Of a stretch of 42,394 bases of DNA, positions 1 to 15,325 are shown one piece after another (the stretch's first letter is position 1; each line of letters starts with the position of its first letter). The notes under the pieces were generated by a model. That model had not been told where the DNA came from and made no database searches. It saw only the letters and a program-made list of their open reading frames with translations. Source of the DNA: Ministeria vibrans ATCC 50519 (lineage: Eukaryota > Protista > Filasterea); contig CALSCP010002675.1 in the NCBI GenBank assembly GCA_943704425.1, positions 1-42,394 on the forward strand. Direction: 5' to 3'. Made by a program: the position numbers and the translations under genes.

Positions 1-23
1 CTGCTGTGAGCACTGGGGGAACC

Positions 24-219
<196 letters not shown>

Positions 220-420
220 AAGAAAGAACGAAAGACGAGAGAGAAACACAAAAGTACAATTAGAAATTAATAACGTGGAAAAAGAAAAGTACATTTTTCA
301 TTGAAGAATACAAAGAAAAAGTCAGCAAAACAAATGAGTTTCCTTCTGAGCCTAAAAAAACAAAACAAAAAGAGAGCGAGGGAGAAAGAAAATCAGGCAA
401 ACAGGGGAACAACAATGTTT

Positions 421-2975
421 TTATATTTTTACTTTGACGAGCCGCTTTGCACGTTTTTGACCGACAATGCGCTGGAGAGCAAGCAGGTCAAAGGAGGAAA
501 AGAGGACGGAGACGGTCGGGTTGCGGTCGGTCTGGCGGGGGAGCATGTTGCAGAGCTGAACATAAAAGTCGGGTGTGGTTGGGGGTTGGTAGAAGAGGAG
601 GCGCGTGAAGGCGCGGAAGCGGAAGCGCCGGAAAAAGTGGGCACGCTCTGTGTAGAGCAGCAGGTGTACGTGCTCGTGGAAGAAGTCAGTGCGAGCGCGC
701 GCAATGTCTGAGCCGGACGAGTACTCGGCGATAGAGGTGAAGGGTGGTCGTTCGCGCGTTGTCAGGTGGTTTCGTACGCGCAAGAAGTCAAAGTAGGAGG
801 GGATAAAGAGGAGTGTGCGCTGAGCATTTTCCGTCGCTTGCGTCAGCTCGGGCAGGACGTGTGTGCAAAAGTAGTCGAAGCGCATGTCGGAGAGGCGCTG
901 AAAGTCGTCGCAGTCGATGCGACGGAAGAGTTGCGGGGCAGGAACAGCGACACGGTCAAGAACACCGTCGGTGAGAGAGGGAAAGAGGGCGGTAGTGGTG
1001 GAGGAAGACAAGGGAGGAGCGGCGACGGAGCGCACCTGACCGGCGTGCGAGCAGCAATGGCTGTTGGCAAGCGCGTTGAGTTCAGGCAGGGCGTATGCCG
1101 ACAGGACCAGTGTCTGCCGATAAAATCGCGCACGCGTCCCATACGCACCACTTTGAACCTCCTCCTCCTCCGCCTGCTCCTCCTCTCCCTTCCCCTTGCG
1201 CTTCCGCCCTTTCCCCTTCGCCTTTGCCGACACCGCTAGTGTGGGAGCGGGCAAGTCGGGCTCAAGGAGCTGTGTGCGCACACGGGAGAAGTCGGTGTCC
1301 TTGGTGGTGTCGCGGGGCATGCGGTTGACATGGCGCACAACATGCGCCAGATGCTCCCAGTTCTGCATGTGAATAACGTCCGCCCCCTCCACGACAAGCA
1401 CCTCAATGGACGACAACGCATCCCACCCGTCCCCTTCAATGAGCGTCCGCAGCCCCAGCGGCGACCCCACCACCACGTCTGCCCGTCGCAAGTCGGCGTA
1501 CAGGCGCACCTGCGACCTTGTCAGTGCTGCCCCTACAATGAACGCGTCGTCTGTGTTGCCCGCAAACATCCGGTTGAAGTCCGCTGGCTTGTGTTCGTCC
1601 GCCTCTGTCTCACCGCCAAACTCCTCGTCAAAGCGCTCAATGCCCTGTGGTGTGTACGACTTGGCGGTTGCACTCGAATGCGCTGCAATCAGATCAAGCA
1701 CAAACTCATGTGCAATGCGCCGGAAGGGCAGCACCACCAGCACGGTGGCGCGCGTAAACCCTTGATCGCGCACCGCTTCGTCATCATCCGCTCCGCCGCC
1801 CGTCTCCTCCTCCTCTGTCAGTAGCAGTCCGCGTCGTTTGCGGTCACTCTTGCGCTGTGCTGCGTCCCGTTCGCGTCGCTGCGCGTCACGTCGCTTCTCG
1901 CGCGCTCTGAGTCGCGCACTGTTGCGACGCACATGGGCATTGTGTGCAAGAACATGTTCAACAACATGCGTGGTGTACGCCGTGCGCATTTCTCCCGATA
2001 GTTCGTCGTCCATGAGCGATACATTGCTCAGCACAATGTCTGCATGTGTCGCGAGCAGTCGTCGCAGTTGGTCACCCGGCAGCTCCTCTGCTGACTCACT
2101 TGTCAATTGTGGCTGCAACGCCGCCTGCGATGCACGCAGCCACAACCCATTCCCAGCGTTCACCGCCGGCAAGAGGGTCGGGCGGCTCTCCGCGAGCATT
2201 GCGAGTGTCGCGTCCGACAGCGTCTCACGATAGAACACTTCTGAAACAGGCACGGCTGTGGCGACCGCCGTCGCAGTCAGGCTGCCACCATCCTCTTCTT
2301 CTCCCTCCTCATCGTCATCTTCAGAGAGCGATGATGAAGACAAATCCACGTCGGAAGCACCAGCGTCCGAGTGTCCATCCGATTGGTCTTCTCCTTCTTC
2401 TCCTTCTCCTTCTTCTCCTTCTCCTTCTCCTTCTTCCTCTTCCTCTTCCTCTTCTTCTTCCTCTTCTTCTTCTTCCAGCTCTTGTTCGTCTCCATCCGCG
2501 ACTGCCTTGGCTCGAATCTGCTGGGGAGCGAGTCGCAGGGAGTTGACAAGAAGCGAGTAAGGGTCGGGTCGAGCCGACGTGCCATCGTCCTCCTCCTCCT
2601 CCTCCTCCTCCTCCTCCTCCTTCCCCGCCCGGCTGAACAGGGCCGAGTCGCCCTTGTGTCTCTTGAACTCCCTCTTACTCTTCGTCTTGGTCTCGTCGAT
2701 GATCACGCGCGCACGTCCTTCGATCAGCGCATCAAGCGAACGATGACTGCAACAGCGTGTCTGAGCGACTCACTCACTCTCACGCTCTCCTTCTTACCTT
2801 TTTTCATCGTCCATGACCGGATGCGCTTCGCCATACGAGCTAAGATGTGCACCCCCTCCCATCTCTGAGATGAGCCGGCTGCAAAGACACAGCGCGTGTC
2901 GGGTCGCGTGGAACCAAAGCTCTTCAGTCCTTACCGGTTCTTTCCCGACCCACGCCCCTTTCCGCGTTTCGGCAT
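421..2975 (-). CDS. UTP25: U3 snoRNA-associated protein 25 (UTP25/DIEXF), SSU processome component
   Basis: Exons 2975-2935 (MPKRGKGRGSGKN), 2878-2798 (HLSSYGEAHP) and 2746-421, joined by GT-AG introns. Family motifs: RDQGFTRATVLVVLPFR, FAGNTDDAF, SPLGLR, DALSSIEVLVV, MQNWEHL, DFSRVR, LLFIPSYFDFLRVRN, LLYTERAHFFRR, ALQRIVG. Confidence 0.93.
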
Positions 2976-3203
2976 GCTGGCTATAGAGCAAATAAACAAC
3001 CCGTTTGGCGTCAGTCAAACGCTCTTGAGCCCGATCAAGAGAAAAAGAGAAGAAACGAAAATTTTTTTGATATCCGCTTCATTTACTAATTCAAATGATC
3101 AATATATTCGTAAAACACTCGAGTGACAGGTCACAAAAGAAAGCGACTCAGCAACGTCACAAAAGAAAAGCAAAAGAGAAGTGTAATGAGAAAAAAAAAA
3201 AAG

Positions 3204-4976
<1,773 letters not shown>

Positions 4977-5510
4977 TTAGGGTTAGATTTTTTTAGTGTG
5001 CGTGTGTATGTGTGTGTGTGTCGAGTTGAGTTCACAAGTGACACTTTGCACAATCGAGCCATCGCTCCACACCACAGCCAATATCAAATCAACACCATTG
5101 CCAGCACCCACAGCCACAGTTGGGTGTGGTGCGCGTACAGGCAAGTGCCAGCTTCGACTGCTTCAGTCGCTTTTTCGCAAAGAAAGTGTGTACGTAACAA
5201 AAATAAGGAAAAAAAAGAAAAGAAAAACAGACAAAGAAGCAATGCAGATAAGGGTGCAGAAAGACAAGGGGACGTATCTTCCAGACGTGACAAGCGTGTG
5301 CCATGTGCATCCTGATCAAATCCGATTTCGCTCTTTCTGTGAGTGTTTCTTTTTTTTTTTTTTTCGATTCCTCTTTTGTTATTCTCAGCGCATCGCTCTC
5401 TGTGGGGGCATCTGCGAATCGGGCGGACGAGAGGGGCAACGGGGCGAATGGCGGGCGGGGCAGGGGGGCAGGGAGGGGGCAGAGGGCGGCGGGGGCGGAT
5501 GTGTACAAAC

Positions 5511-6418
5511 NNNNNNNNNNNNNNNNNNNNNNNNNNNNNNNNNNNNNNNNNNNNNNNNNNNNNNNNNNNNNNNNNNNNNNNNNNNNNNNNNNNNNNNNNN
5601 NNNNNNNNNNNNNNNNNNNNNNNNNNNNNNNNNNNNNNNNNNNNNNNNNNNNNNNNNNNNNNNNNNNNNNNNNNNNNNNNNNNNNNNNNNNNNNNNNNNN
5701 NNNNNNNNNNNNNNNNNNNNNNNNNNNNNNNNNNNNNNNNNNNNNNNNNNNNNNNNNNNNNNNNNNNNNNNNNNNNNNNNNNNNNNNNNNNNNNNNNNNN
5801 NNNNNNNNNNNNNNNNNNNNNNNNNNNNNNNNNNNNNNNNNNNNNNNNNNNNNNNNNNNNNNNNNNNNNNNNNNNNNNNNNNNNNNNNNNNNNNNNNNNN
5901 NNNNNNNNNNNNNNNNNNNNNNNNNNNNNNNNNNNNNNNNNNNNNNNNNNNNNNNNNNNNNNNNNNNNNNNNNNNNNNNNNNNNNNNNNNNNNNNNNNNN
6001 NNNNNNNNNNNNNNNNNNNNNNNNNNNNNNNNNNNNNNNNNNNNNNNNNNNNNNNNNNNNNNNNNNNNNNNNNNNNNNNNNNNNNNNNNNNNNNNNNNNN
6101 NNNNNNNNNNNNNNNNNNNNNNNNNNNNNNNNNNNNNNNNNNNNNNNNNNNNNNNNNNNNNNNNNNNNNNNNNNNNNNNNNNNNNNNNNNNNNNNNNNNN
6201 NNNNNNNNNNNNNNNNNNNNNNNNNNNNNNNNNNNNNNNNNNNNNNNNNNNNNNNNNNNNNNNNNNNNNNNNNNNNNNNNNNNNNNNNNNNNNNNNNNNN
6301 NNNNNNNNNNNNNNNNNNNNNNNNNNNNNNNNNNNNNNNNNNNNNNNNNNNNNNNNNNNNNNNNNNNNNNNNNNNNNNNNNNNNNNNNNNNNNNNNNNNN
6401 NNNNNNNNNNNNNNNNNA
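5511..6418. other. Assembly gap (N run)
   Basis: 908 consecutive N bases; ORFs spanning them are artefacts. Confidence 1.
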
Positions 6419-7055
6419 AAAAAAAAAAGACGAAGAAACGGATAGAGTGGCGAGTTGGGGTAAGGGGGGAGGCGGGAGAGGGCTGTACAGAGACCATTTG
6501 GGACAGCGGGGAGAAGGGGCGGGGCAGGCACAGAGGGCAAAGGGGACCAGAGGCTCAAGCAATGCTGCAAATGCCATTTCCAACACGCGCTGTCGACTTG
6601 ATTAAGCACACCGTGCCCGCGCCCGGCTATCCGCATGCACACATCCATGCAGCGTCCGTGCGGCGAGAGAGGCGGTCCAATCGACGGCTGCGTCAGCGCA
6701 CACCAGTGGTTCAAGAGTGACGCGTCGAGTGCAGTAAAAAAAAAAAAAAAAAAAAAATACACACACACCCCCAAAGCAATACGCCTGGGGGCATGGTGCG
6801 ACACTGCAACGGCACTAGCGGACGGATCCTTTAAACTCACCTGTAGGGCAACAAAAAAAAAGGTCGATGATCGATCACATAATTCACATTGGTGCACGGA
6901 TGAATGATTCCATCGATAACTCACCGTGTCAGAGCCAGTTTTCACTGGCGACACTTTAATTGTGCACTTCACTCTCTCATCCACGCCAAGGCGGCCTCAG
7001 CACTTGGCTTCGGCTTGGGACATCGTTGTTGTTGCGAGTCGTGCGCCCGATCAAC

Positions 7056-8833
7056 ATGCCACACGAAGAGCCCCAGCGTCTCATCCAACACTTTGTGGGC
7101 GGTGGCCTTGCCGGGTAGGGCTTCTCTGACTTTGTCCTGTGCTGTTGTATCGGGCAAGCGTCAGTCGTTGTGTGATCGGCCAGTCTCACTTCAATCTGCC
7201 ATTCCCGTTCCGTTTGCAATCGCATTGACTTGTTCCTCTCCTCCCACTGTGCATCGTTGCCACCGTCACCATAGTGTCACGCGTTTTGTCGTGGCCGTGT
7301 GCAGCCCCCGAAGGGCGCTGGTCTCGCGATGGCAGCCGCTGCGATCGCCACGGCCCTTCACTGATGGGCTGTCGACTGTCGCCTGACTAAACCCACCTCC
7401 CACCTTTAGCGTCACCGCCAAGACTGTCATTGCCCCTCTCGATCGTGTAAAAATCCTCTACCAAGTCACTCCCGACCGGAAGTTCTCCATTATGGTAAGG
7501 AGCAGACACAGAAGAGCGAAAGGGCCATAAAAAAACGTGTTTTTCGCAGAGAGCCATTGTCTCCATTCACAATTGCTACCAGGCGGAGGGATTGGCAGCG
7601 CTGTGGCGAGGCAACATGGCAACAGTGCTGCGGGTCTTTCCCTATGCTGGGCTCAATTTCATGGCACACGAACGATACAAACAGGTTTGAAAGAGCGAGA
7701 GAGAGAGAGGCAGAGAGAGACTCAGTCTTGAACGGTGTTGCTTGACGAGACGTTTGTTGTCTTTGCTGTTGTCGTCATTCTCAGCTACTTCTTCCCGCCA
7801 ACGCAACGGACCTGTCCAATGTCCGAAGGTTCATATCAGGCTCGCTGGCCGGCGTGACTGCGAGTGCACTAACTTACCCACTCGATCTGCTGCGGGCGCG
7901 AATGGCTGTGCAAATCCAGCGCAAGAAATACAGCGGTACGAATTGAAAGAGCAAGAGAGCGAGAGTAAGGTGAGACAACAGTGAAGCTAATGGAACACGT
8001 ACAGGGCTTCTTCAAGCGTCCTCTGCACTGTACAATGAGACGGGAGTGCGCTCGCTCTTCCGCGGACTCACTCCGTCTCTCCTGGGAATGATTCCCTACG
8101 CGGGCTTCTCCTTCTTCACCTTTGAGACGCTCAAACGGAAGCTCAGAGAGAGTAGGTTATATTATGTGTTTGTGTATACCTCTAGTGAGGTCGAACGTGC
8201 GTGGTTGTGTGTCGATTTCGTGTGCTCACTTAGGTTTCAATATGTAGGATCGCCCACCAACACAGTTGAAGGGTGGCAGTTGCCCTTCTGTGGTGCACTC
8301 GCGGGCGTCACCGCTCAGGTGAGAGTATTTCTGGTCTTCTTCCTAGCTTAACACTTAGCTTCTCGCTTTCTGTCTTTGTAGTTCTCGTCCTATCCACTGG
8401 ATGTTGTTCGCCGTCGCATGCAGACTGATGGCTTTCTCTCGGGCTTTCCCACTGCGTCAGTCGCATCCGCATCCACTGCCACAGCCACGCCTACAACAAC
8501 CATCCGTCCCAAGCCACTGTACACCTCCACCCTGCAAACTCTTACAGTACGCACCACGAACACACCAAAAAGTGCCCACCAAGCACACACTCACTGTCAC
8601 TCTACTCTCTTTCACTTAATTCTCTCTCTATCACTTTTTTTCTTTTCCTTCTCTCACACTATTCACTCTCACTCACACACACACACTCTTAGACCATCTA
8701 CCGCAACGAGGGTTTTGCCAATGGGCTCTACCGTGGCATCACCCTTAACTTTGTCAAGGGACCCATTGCCGTTGGTATTAGCTTTACTGCCTTTGACTAT
8801 TGGAAACGTCTTCTCGGCACAAACGACATTTGA
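7056..8833 (+). CDS. Mitochondrial carrier, SLC25A42/SLC25A16-like (CoA transporter subfamily)
   Basis: Exon 1 7056-7114 ([20 protein letters not shown]) splices to 7410 ([19 protein letters not shown]). Later exons give [44 protein letters not shown] and [11 protein letters not shown]. The last exon ends [21 protein letters not shown]...NDI* (TGA 8831-8833). Three Px[DE]xx[KR] carrier repeats. Confidence 0.9.
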
Positions 8834-8912
8834 CCCATCTCCTCTCGCTGTGAGCCTTTTACTTTGTACCATCCACAGACAGAATTGTACTTTAATATAA
8901 CGCCAACAAAAA

Positions 8913-9006
8913 TTAATAATAATAATAATAATATAATCATAATAATAATACTCATAATATAATAATAATAATAATAATAATAATAGTAATAATAGTAATA
9001 ATAATA
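8913..9006. repeat. (AAT)n microsatellite between convergent genes
   Basis: Imperfect AAT run. Confidence 0.85.
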
Positions 9007-9019
9007 AACGTAGTACAAA

Positions 9020-9934
9020 TCAGTGAGCTATGAGACGACTGAGAGGAAGACGGCCGTGAAAAACGGTCTGAGCGGCGCCGGTCATGCGCACACTGGCCCC
9101 GTCTATCCCCGCCCACTCCACGTGCAGCACTCCCCCGTCCAGCACGACGCTCGCGCGCACAGAGTTCGGCAAAACGTGTGCAATCAACCCACGACGCACT
9201 GCTCCCACCACCGCAGCACACGCCCCACTCCCACACGCCTCTGTCCGCCCTGCGCCCCGCTCCCACACGCGAAAGCGCAGGTGCACTCCTGTCCCATCCA
9301 TCTTCGCCTCTACCTCGGCGGCACTCATCACACGCGCGAAACCCACGTTTACACCCTCGGGGAACAGCACTCGGTCACCACCAATGAGTCTCCCCAGTCG
9401 CTCCACCTCGGCATCGCCCCACTCCTCGTCCCCAAACAGCGTCACATGTGGGTTGCCCATGCTCACGGCCGACCCAATCCACCCGCTGCGCAAAGGTACC
9501 CGGCTAGTGTCCGCCTGCTCCACTCCCAACGGCACCCGGCGCCAGTGTGTCTCGGGCGCTCCCATGTCCACTGCCACTGCCATGGAGCCGTCGGCAAGCG
9601 CGGTGCGTCGCAGTGCCTCCCGCAGACCCGCCACCGTCTCCACAACAACTCTTTCTTTGCCCGTTGCGCGCATCACCAGCGCCGCCACGCAGCGCGTCCC
9701 ATTGCCACACGCCTCCGCACGCGTTCCATCGCTATTCACAATGCTCATAAACACGTCCGCACGCGCATCGCGTCGCTCGCTCATCAACAGTACTTGGTCA
9801 CACCCAATGCCGCGTCGTCGGTCTGCCACAAACCGACTCCCTTGTGTCGTCAAAAGCGACGGATCAAGGTTTAGCGGACGCAAGTCAATCACCACAAAGT
9901 CATTGCCGAGTCCATTCATCTTCACAAACCCAAT
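9020..9934 (-). CDS. dapF: Diaminopimelate epimerase domain (C-terminal half of a METTL22-DapF fusion ORF)
   Basis: Motifs FVKMNGLGNDFVVID, GIGCDQ, NSDGTRAEACGNGTRC (catalytic Cys1), VSMGNPH, FPEGVNVGF, RVWERGAGRTEACGSGACA (catalytic Cys2), MTGAAQTVFHG. Intronless and in frame with the upstream methyltransferase exon (ORF 9020-10381). Confidence 0.95.
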   Translation of the reverse strand: MGFVKMNGLGNDFVVIDLRPLNLDPSLLTTQGSRFVADRRRGIGCDQVLLMSERRDARADVFMSIVNSDGTRAEACGNGTRCVAALVMRATGKERVVVETVAGLREALRRTALADGSMAVAVDMGAPETHWRRVPLGVEQADTSRVPLRSGWIGSAVSMGNPHVTLFGDEEWGDAEVERLGRLIGGDRVLFPEGVNVGFARVMSAAEVEAKMDGTGVHLRFRVWERGAGRTEACGSGACAAVVGAVRRGLIAHVLPNSVRASVVLDGGVLHVEWAGIDGASVRMTGAAQTVFHGRLPLSRLIAH

Positions 9935-11040
9935 CTCCTCCTCCTCCCCCTCCTCCTCGTCCTCCTCTTCTTCTTCTTCTGCTCGAGCAAGAAGTCCCTG
10001 GCTCTTCTGACGCCCCATTTCTTCGTCATGATGAGACCGCTTTCGTTTCCGCTCACGACGCGCAAAGGTCCACAGCTCCATGTCTGTCGCAGAGCGACGC
10101 TCGTGCATTTCACCTACTACACGCACAGGTACACGTGCAAGCAGCGACGCTCCCTTGTCAACGTGCCACTCAATCAAGTGAGACGCAGCCTCGAGCGCCG
10201 CCAGGAGATTCTCGCGCGCCGGGCAAACCACTCGCAAATGCTCAATGGTGATGTTCACGCGTCGCTCTAGTGTTAGCACAAAGCGCACGGTGGGAAAGGT
10301 CGAGAGAACGCGCTTGATAAAGCTCACTAGCGCGTATGTCAATTCTCGGTCGTACACCACTGTTCGCACACACACACACACACAGAAACAAAAACAACAA
10401 AAAATGAATGTTATTGTTGTTTTCGTTGCGGTCAGTACGCAGTCAGTTGCTTACCGTCAGCGGCAATAAAAAGAGGCGCCTCGGAAAAGCGCGTGAGATC
10501 GTCGAGGTCTTGAAACGTCCAAAAGAAGTCCTGGCGCCCCGACTGACTGTCCATGAAGAGCGGGTTGAGCAGCGGCGTGTCGGAGCGCCAGTCGAGTGCA
10601 CGAACGCGCACTCGCTCGCCAGCGGCCGTCGCGCAGTTGCGTCGGCAGTTCTCGAGTACGTCATCGCCATGGTCGGTGCAGAAGACGAGCGGCGCGCCTG
10701 CGTACGCCGCCACCAGGGAGCACAGGCCGGTGCCCGCGCCCAGTTCGATGATGGGTGTGTCCTTGCGAACATGCCCCGACGCAACGAGCCAGTCCGCCAG
10801 CAGCAGAGCCCCTCTCCACACCTGTAGCCCGACCGTTTCCAACGGTGTTGCAACCGCGTGCGCTATCGCAAAGGAGGTGTACGCGTGCGCTGGCACTCCC
10901 TTTCGCGGCGGACACAGGTCGCCGTCGCCGTCGACCACAGCTTCCCGGTACACGCGAAACACACTTGATTTTGTTCCGGCCGGCGTGTTCACGTGGACGT
11001 CAGACACGATCGAGTCTGGTGGCTCATTTGCATTCGCCAT
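9935..11040 (-). CDS. METTL22: METTL22-like protein-lysine methyltransferase domain plus basic/acidic linker (N-terminal half of the fusion ORF)
   Basis: Exon 11040-10455 has IVSDVH, DGDGDL, HAVATPLETVGLQVWRGALLLAD, IELGAGTG and VRALDW. Intron 10454-10360 (GTAAG...CAG) rebuilds AADVVYD. Exon 2 continues LERRVN...MELW and has no stop before DapF. Confidence 0.88.
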
Positions 11041-11134
11041 TACAGCAAAAACAATGATAGTTAATGATCAATTCAAGTTTCAAAGGGGAGTGACGAGTTT
11101 CAAGTTTCAACAGCCTTTTTTTGATTCGTTTCTG

Positions 11135-11397
11135 ATGTCGAACGTTCGTGTTCACATTGTGCCGCACGACCAGGATGAAGACGAGTCGGATCCGTACCAG
11201 GAGATGATAGAGCGCACGGGATGCGCCAAAGAGCTAGAGGTGTGGCGTGGAGTGGATGAGAGTGTTGAGTTCACACGTTTGCGTAGAAAATGAACGAATG
11301 CTATGCAGATCGGAAGGATTGGCGAGTGTGCGCGCCCCAGGCGAAGGCTTTTCGAGCGTGCTTTGAAAAGCATCAGCGCGAAAGGGCAAAGGAGTGA
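11135..11397 (+). CDS. COA4: Cytochrome c oxidase assembly factor 4 (twin CX9C IMS protein)
   Basis: Exons 11135-11239 and 11287-11397 (47-nt intron): ...DESDPYQEMIERTGCAKELE|KMNECYADRKDWRVCAPQAKAFRACFEKH...*. Two CX9C motifs with TGC and DWRxC signatures. Confidence 0.88.
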
Positions 11398-11449
11398 GGC
11401 TTGTTGCGTACACTCACTCTATTGTAATTGTAATATGTTTTGTGTTCGT

Positions 11450-12730
11450 TCATTGCTGTGCTTCCCAAGCGAGCCGGTAGGGCGCCATGTCCATGCCCAG
11501 TGGCTCGTAGCGTGCACTGACCGCACCAAGAGTCTTTTCTGTCCAGTAGCTGTGTCCTGGGGCAGGGAAGCCCAGTGCGCTCCTCTGCTGCACAGTGGCG
11601 CCCGCTACGAATCGCTCAAAGTACCCTTCGGGCGAGAGCATCTTGCGAGCAGAGCCGGTGTTCCAGTGGTTGAGCCAGTCGGTGTTGGCGCGCTTGAACA
11701 CCAGGTTGTGCACGTAGCGCACGCCGCCCTCCTTGAGGGGCGTCCCGCGGTGCCATGCGTCGTGTCGGTAGAAGAGCACGGTGCCTCGCCCATACTTGAC
11801 ATACCGCTCCCGCTCGTACAGCTGTGCCCGATGCGCATGAGTCTCGGGATCCTACACAAAACGCAAACGCACATTGAGTTCGTTCATGATTTCAACGTGA
11901 GTACCTCCTTGGCAAAGTACGCCTCGACGGCGTCGCGATCGTTCTGAAAGGGCACTGCGCCAAAGCCAGGCAGTTGCGAAATGGGGTAGGCGTAGAGGGG
12001 GTCGTCGTCACCGGTGCGCGGCACGACGGCCGTTGCACCGCCTGCATCTGAGGGGCGGGTGCGTGCGTGAGTGACTGGCCAAATGTGTAAAAGTTACCTT
12101 CGACATTCGAATAGTAGATAATCATGGCAACAGCTTCGGGCTGATCAAATGGCGGTGGATGGACCAGCGTATGGTTAAGGTAGTCGCAGTGGATACGCTG
12201 GTTTCGGTTGTCCTGAGGTCCATAGGGCTCTGCGACAATCAATGTTAGGTGCACTGCGTATAAACAACAACCCAAGCAACAGCAACCGTCGTACTCGCCG
12301 TGTACACCTTGCGCCACGCATCAGACTGCGTCAGACGGATATCGGATGTGCCCAAGAGCTGTTCGCATGCGTCGAGGACCCGTGGATGCAGTGTAATGTC
12401 GTTGAGCGACGCAATTCGCGATGGGAACTCACACTGGCCATTCGATCCAAAATCTTGCTGAAACACGAAAATCAAAGACACTTCTGATTGTGACACGCCC
12501 GGCAGGGAAAACCGTACCTTTCCCTCAAACTCCACATCGAGAGCGTCGGTGGCGTCGGCAATCACCTTCTCGAGGAAGTCGGTCGGAAAGAGCCCTTCGA
12601 CGACACAGGCGCCCTTGACGCGCCAGTCCGACACTTGCTGCTCCGTCAGTGGCAGCGCGGCAGTGCTGGGTGTTGCTTCGCTTGACTCGAGGTACTTAGA
12701 CATGAGAGTGATACAATTTAAATCTGACAT
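11450..12730 (-). CDS. Phytanoyl-CoA dioxygenase (PhyH)-like 2OG-Fe(II) dioxygenase
   Basis: About 5 exons. Motifs LTEQQVSDWRVKGACVVEGLF, HPRVLDACEQLLG, IHCD (HxD), GGATAVVP and GTVLFYRHDAWHRG (distal His). The start could be 12730 or 12703. Confidence 0.8.
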
Positions 12731-12861
12731 AATGTTATATTTGCTTATTGCTTAATATTTTTTGTTTGTGTGTTATTAGTCTGCTGATTGACCTCCAGTC
12801 CTTCAAATCAATATCCCCATCACCTAAATTCATCTTATATTTCGTCAGTCGCAGTGCCAAG

Positions 12862-14851
<1,990 letters not shown>

Positions 14852-15325
14852 TAGGAACTTGTTGGGTCGTGAATTCTTCTCACTTCCCCGTGTATGTGAA
14901 GCTTATTATATATTATTATTATTATTATTATTATTATTGATTTGATAATAATAAAACAGCTGTGCCATATTATTTTTCCTTTCCTGTCAATCTTCAAAAA
15001 ATCCCAAAAATTGACAGAGCAAGTATCGGCCGGGTCTTACTAGACAGCTACTACTTAGTACTTACTAGTGGCTGCATGTACATGGCAGTCGGCGATCTGA
15101 CCCTTTTTTAAAGAGCCGCAATTAAGAAAATAAGAATAGGAAAAAGTCTACTCAAAGAGATAAAAATACAATACAATGAAGAGTAGAAGAGTAATACAAA
15201 TAAATACAATGCTTCTGTCAGTCTGCCACTGAGTGCCACAAGCTAGCTCCAAGTCCCAAGATTCAAGAAGATGGAGCACCCATAGGAAAATTGTGAAATA
15301 AGAATAAACTTGCCATTAATTTATC

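Noticed and set aside
4996-6984. Long ORFs (370-631 aa) on both strands
   Set aside because: They exist only because the 908-nt N gap contains no stop codons.
9020-9934. DapF as bacterial contamination
   Set aside because: It is contiguous and in frame with a spliced eukaryotic exon and flanked by intron-containing genes and microsatellites.
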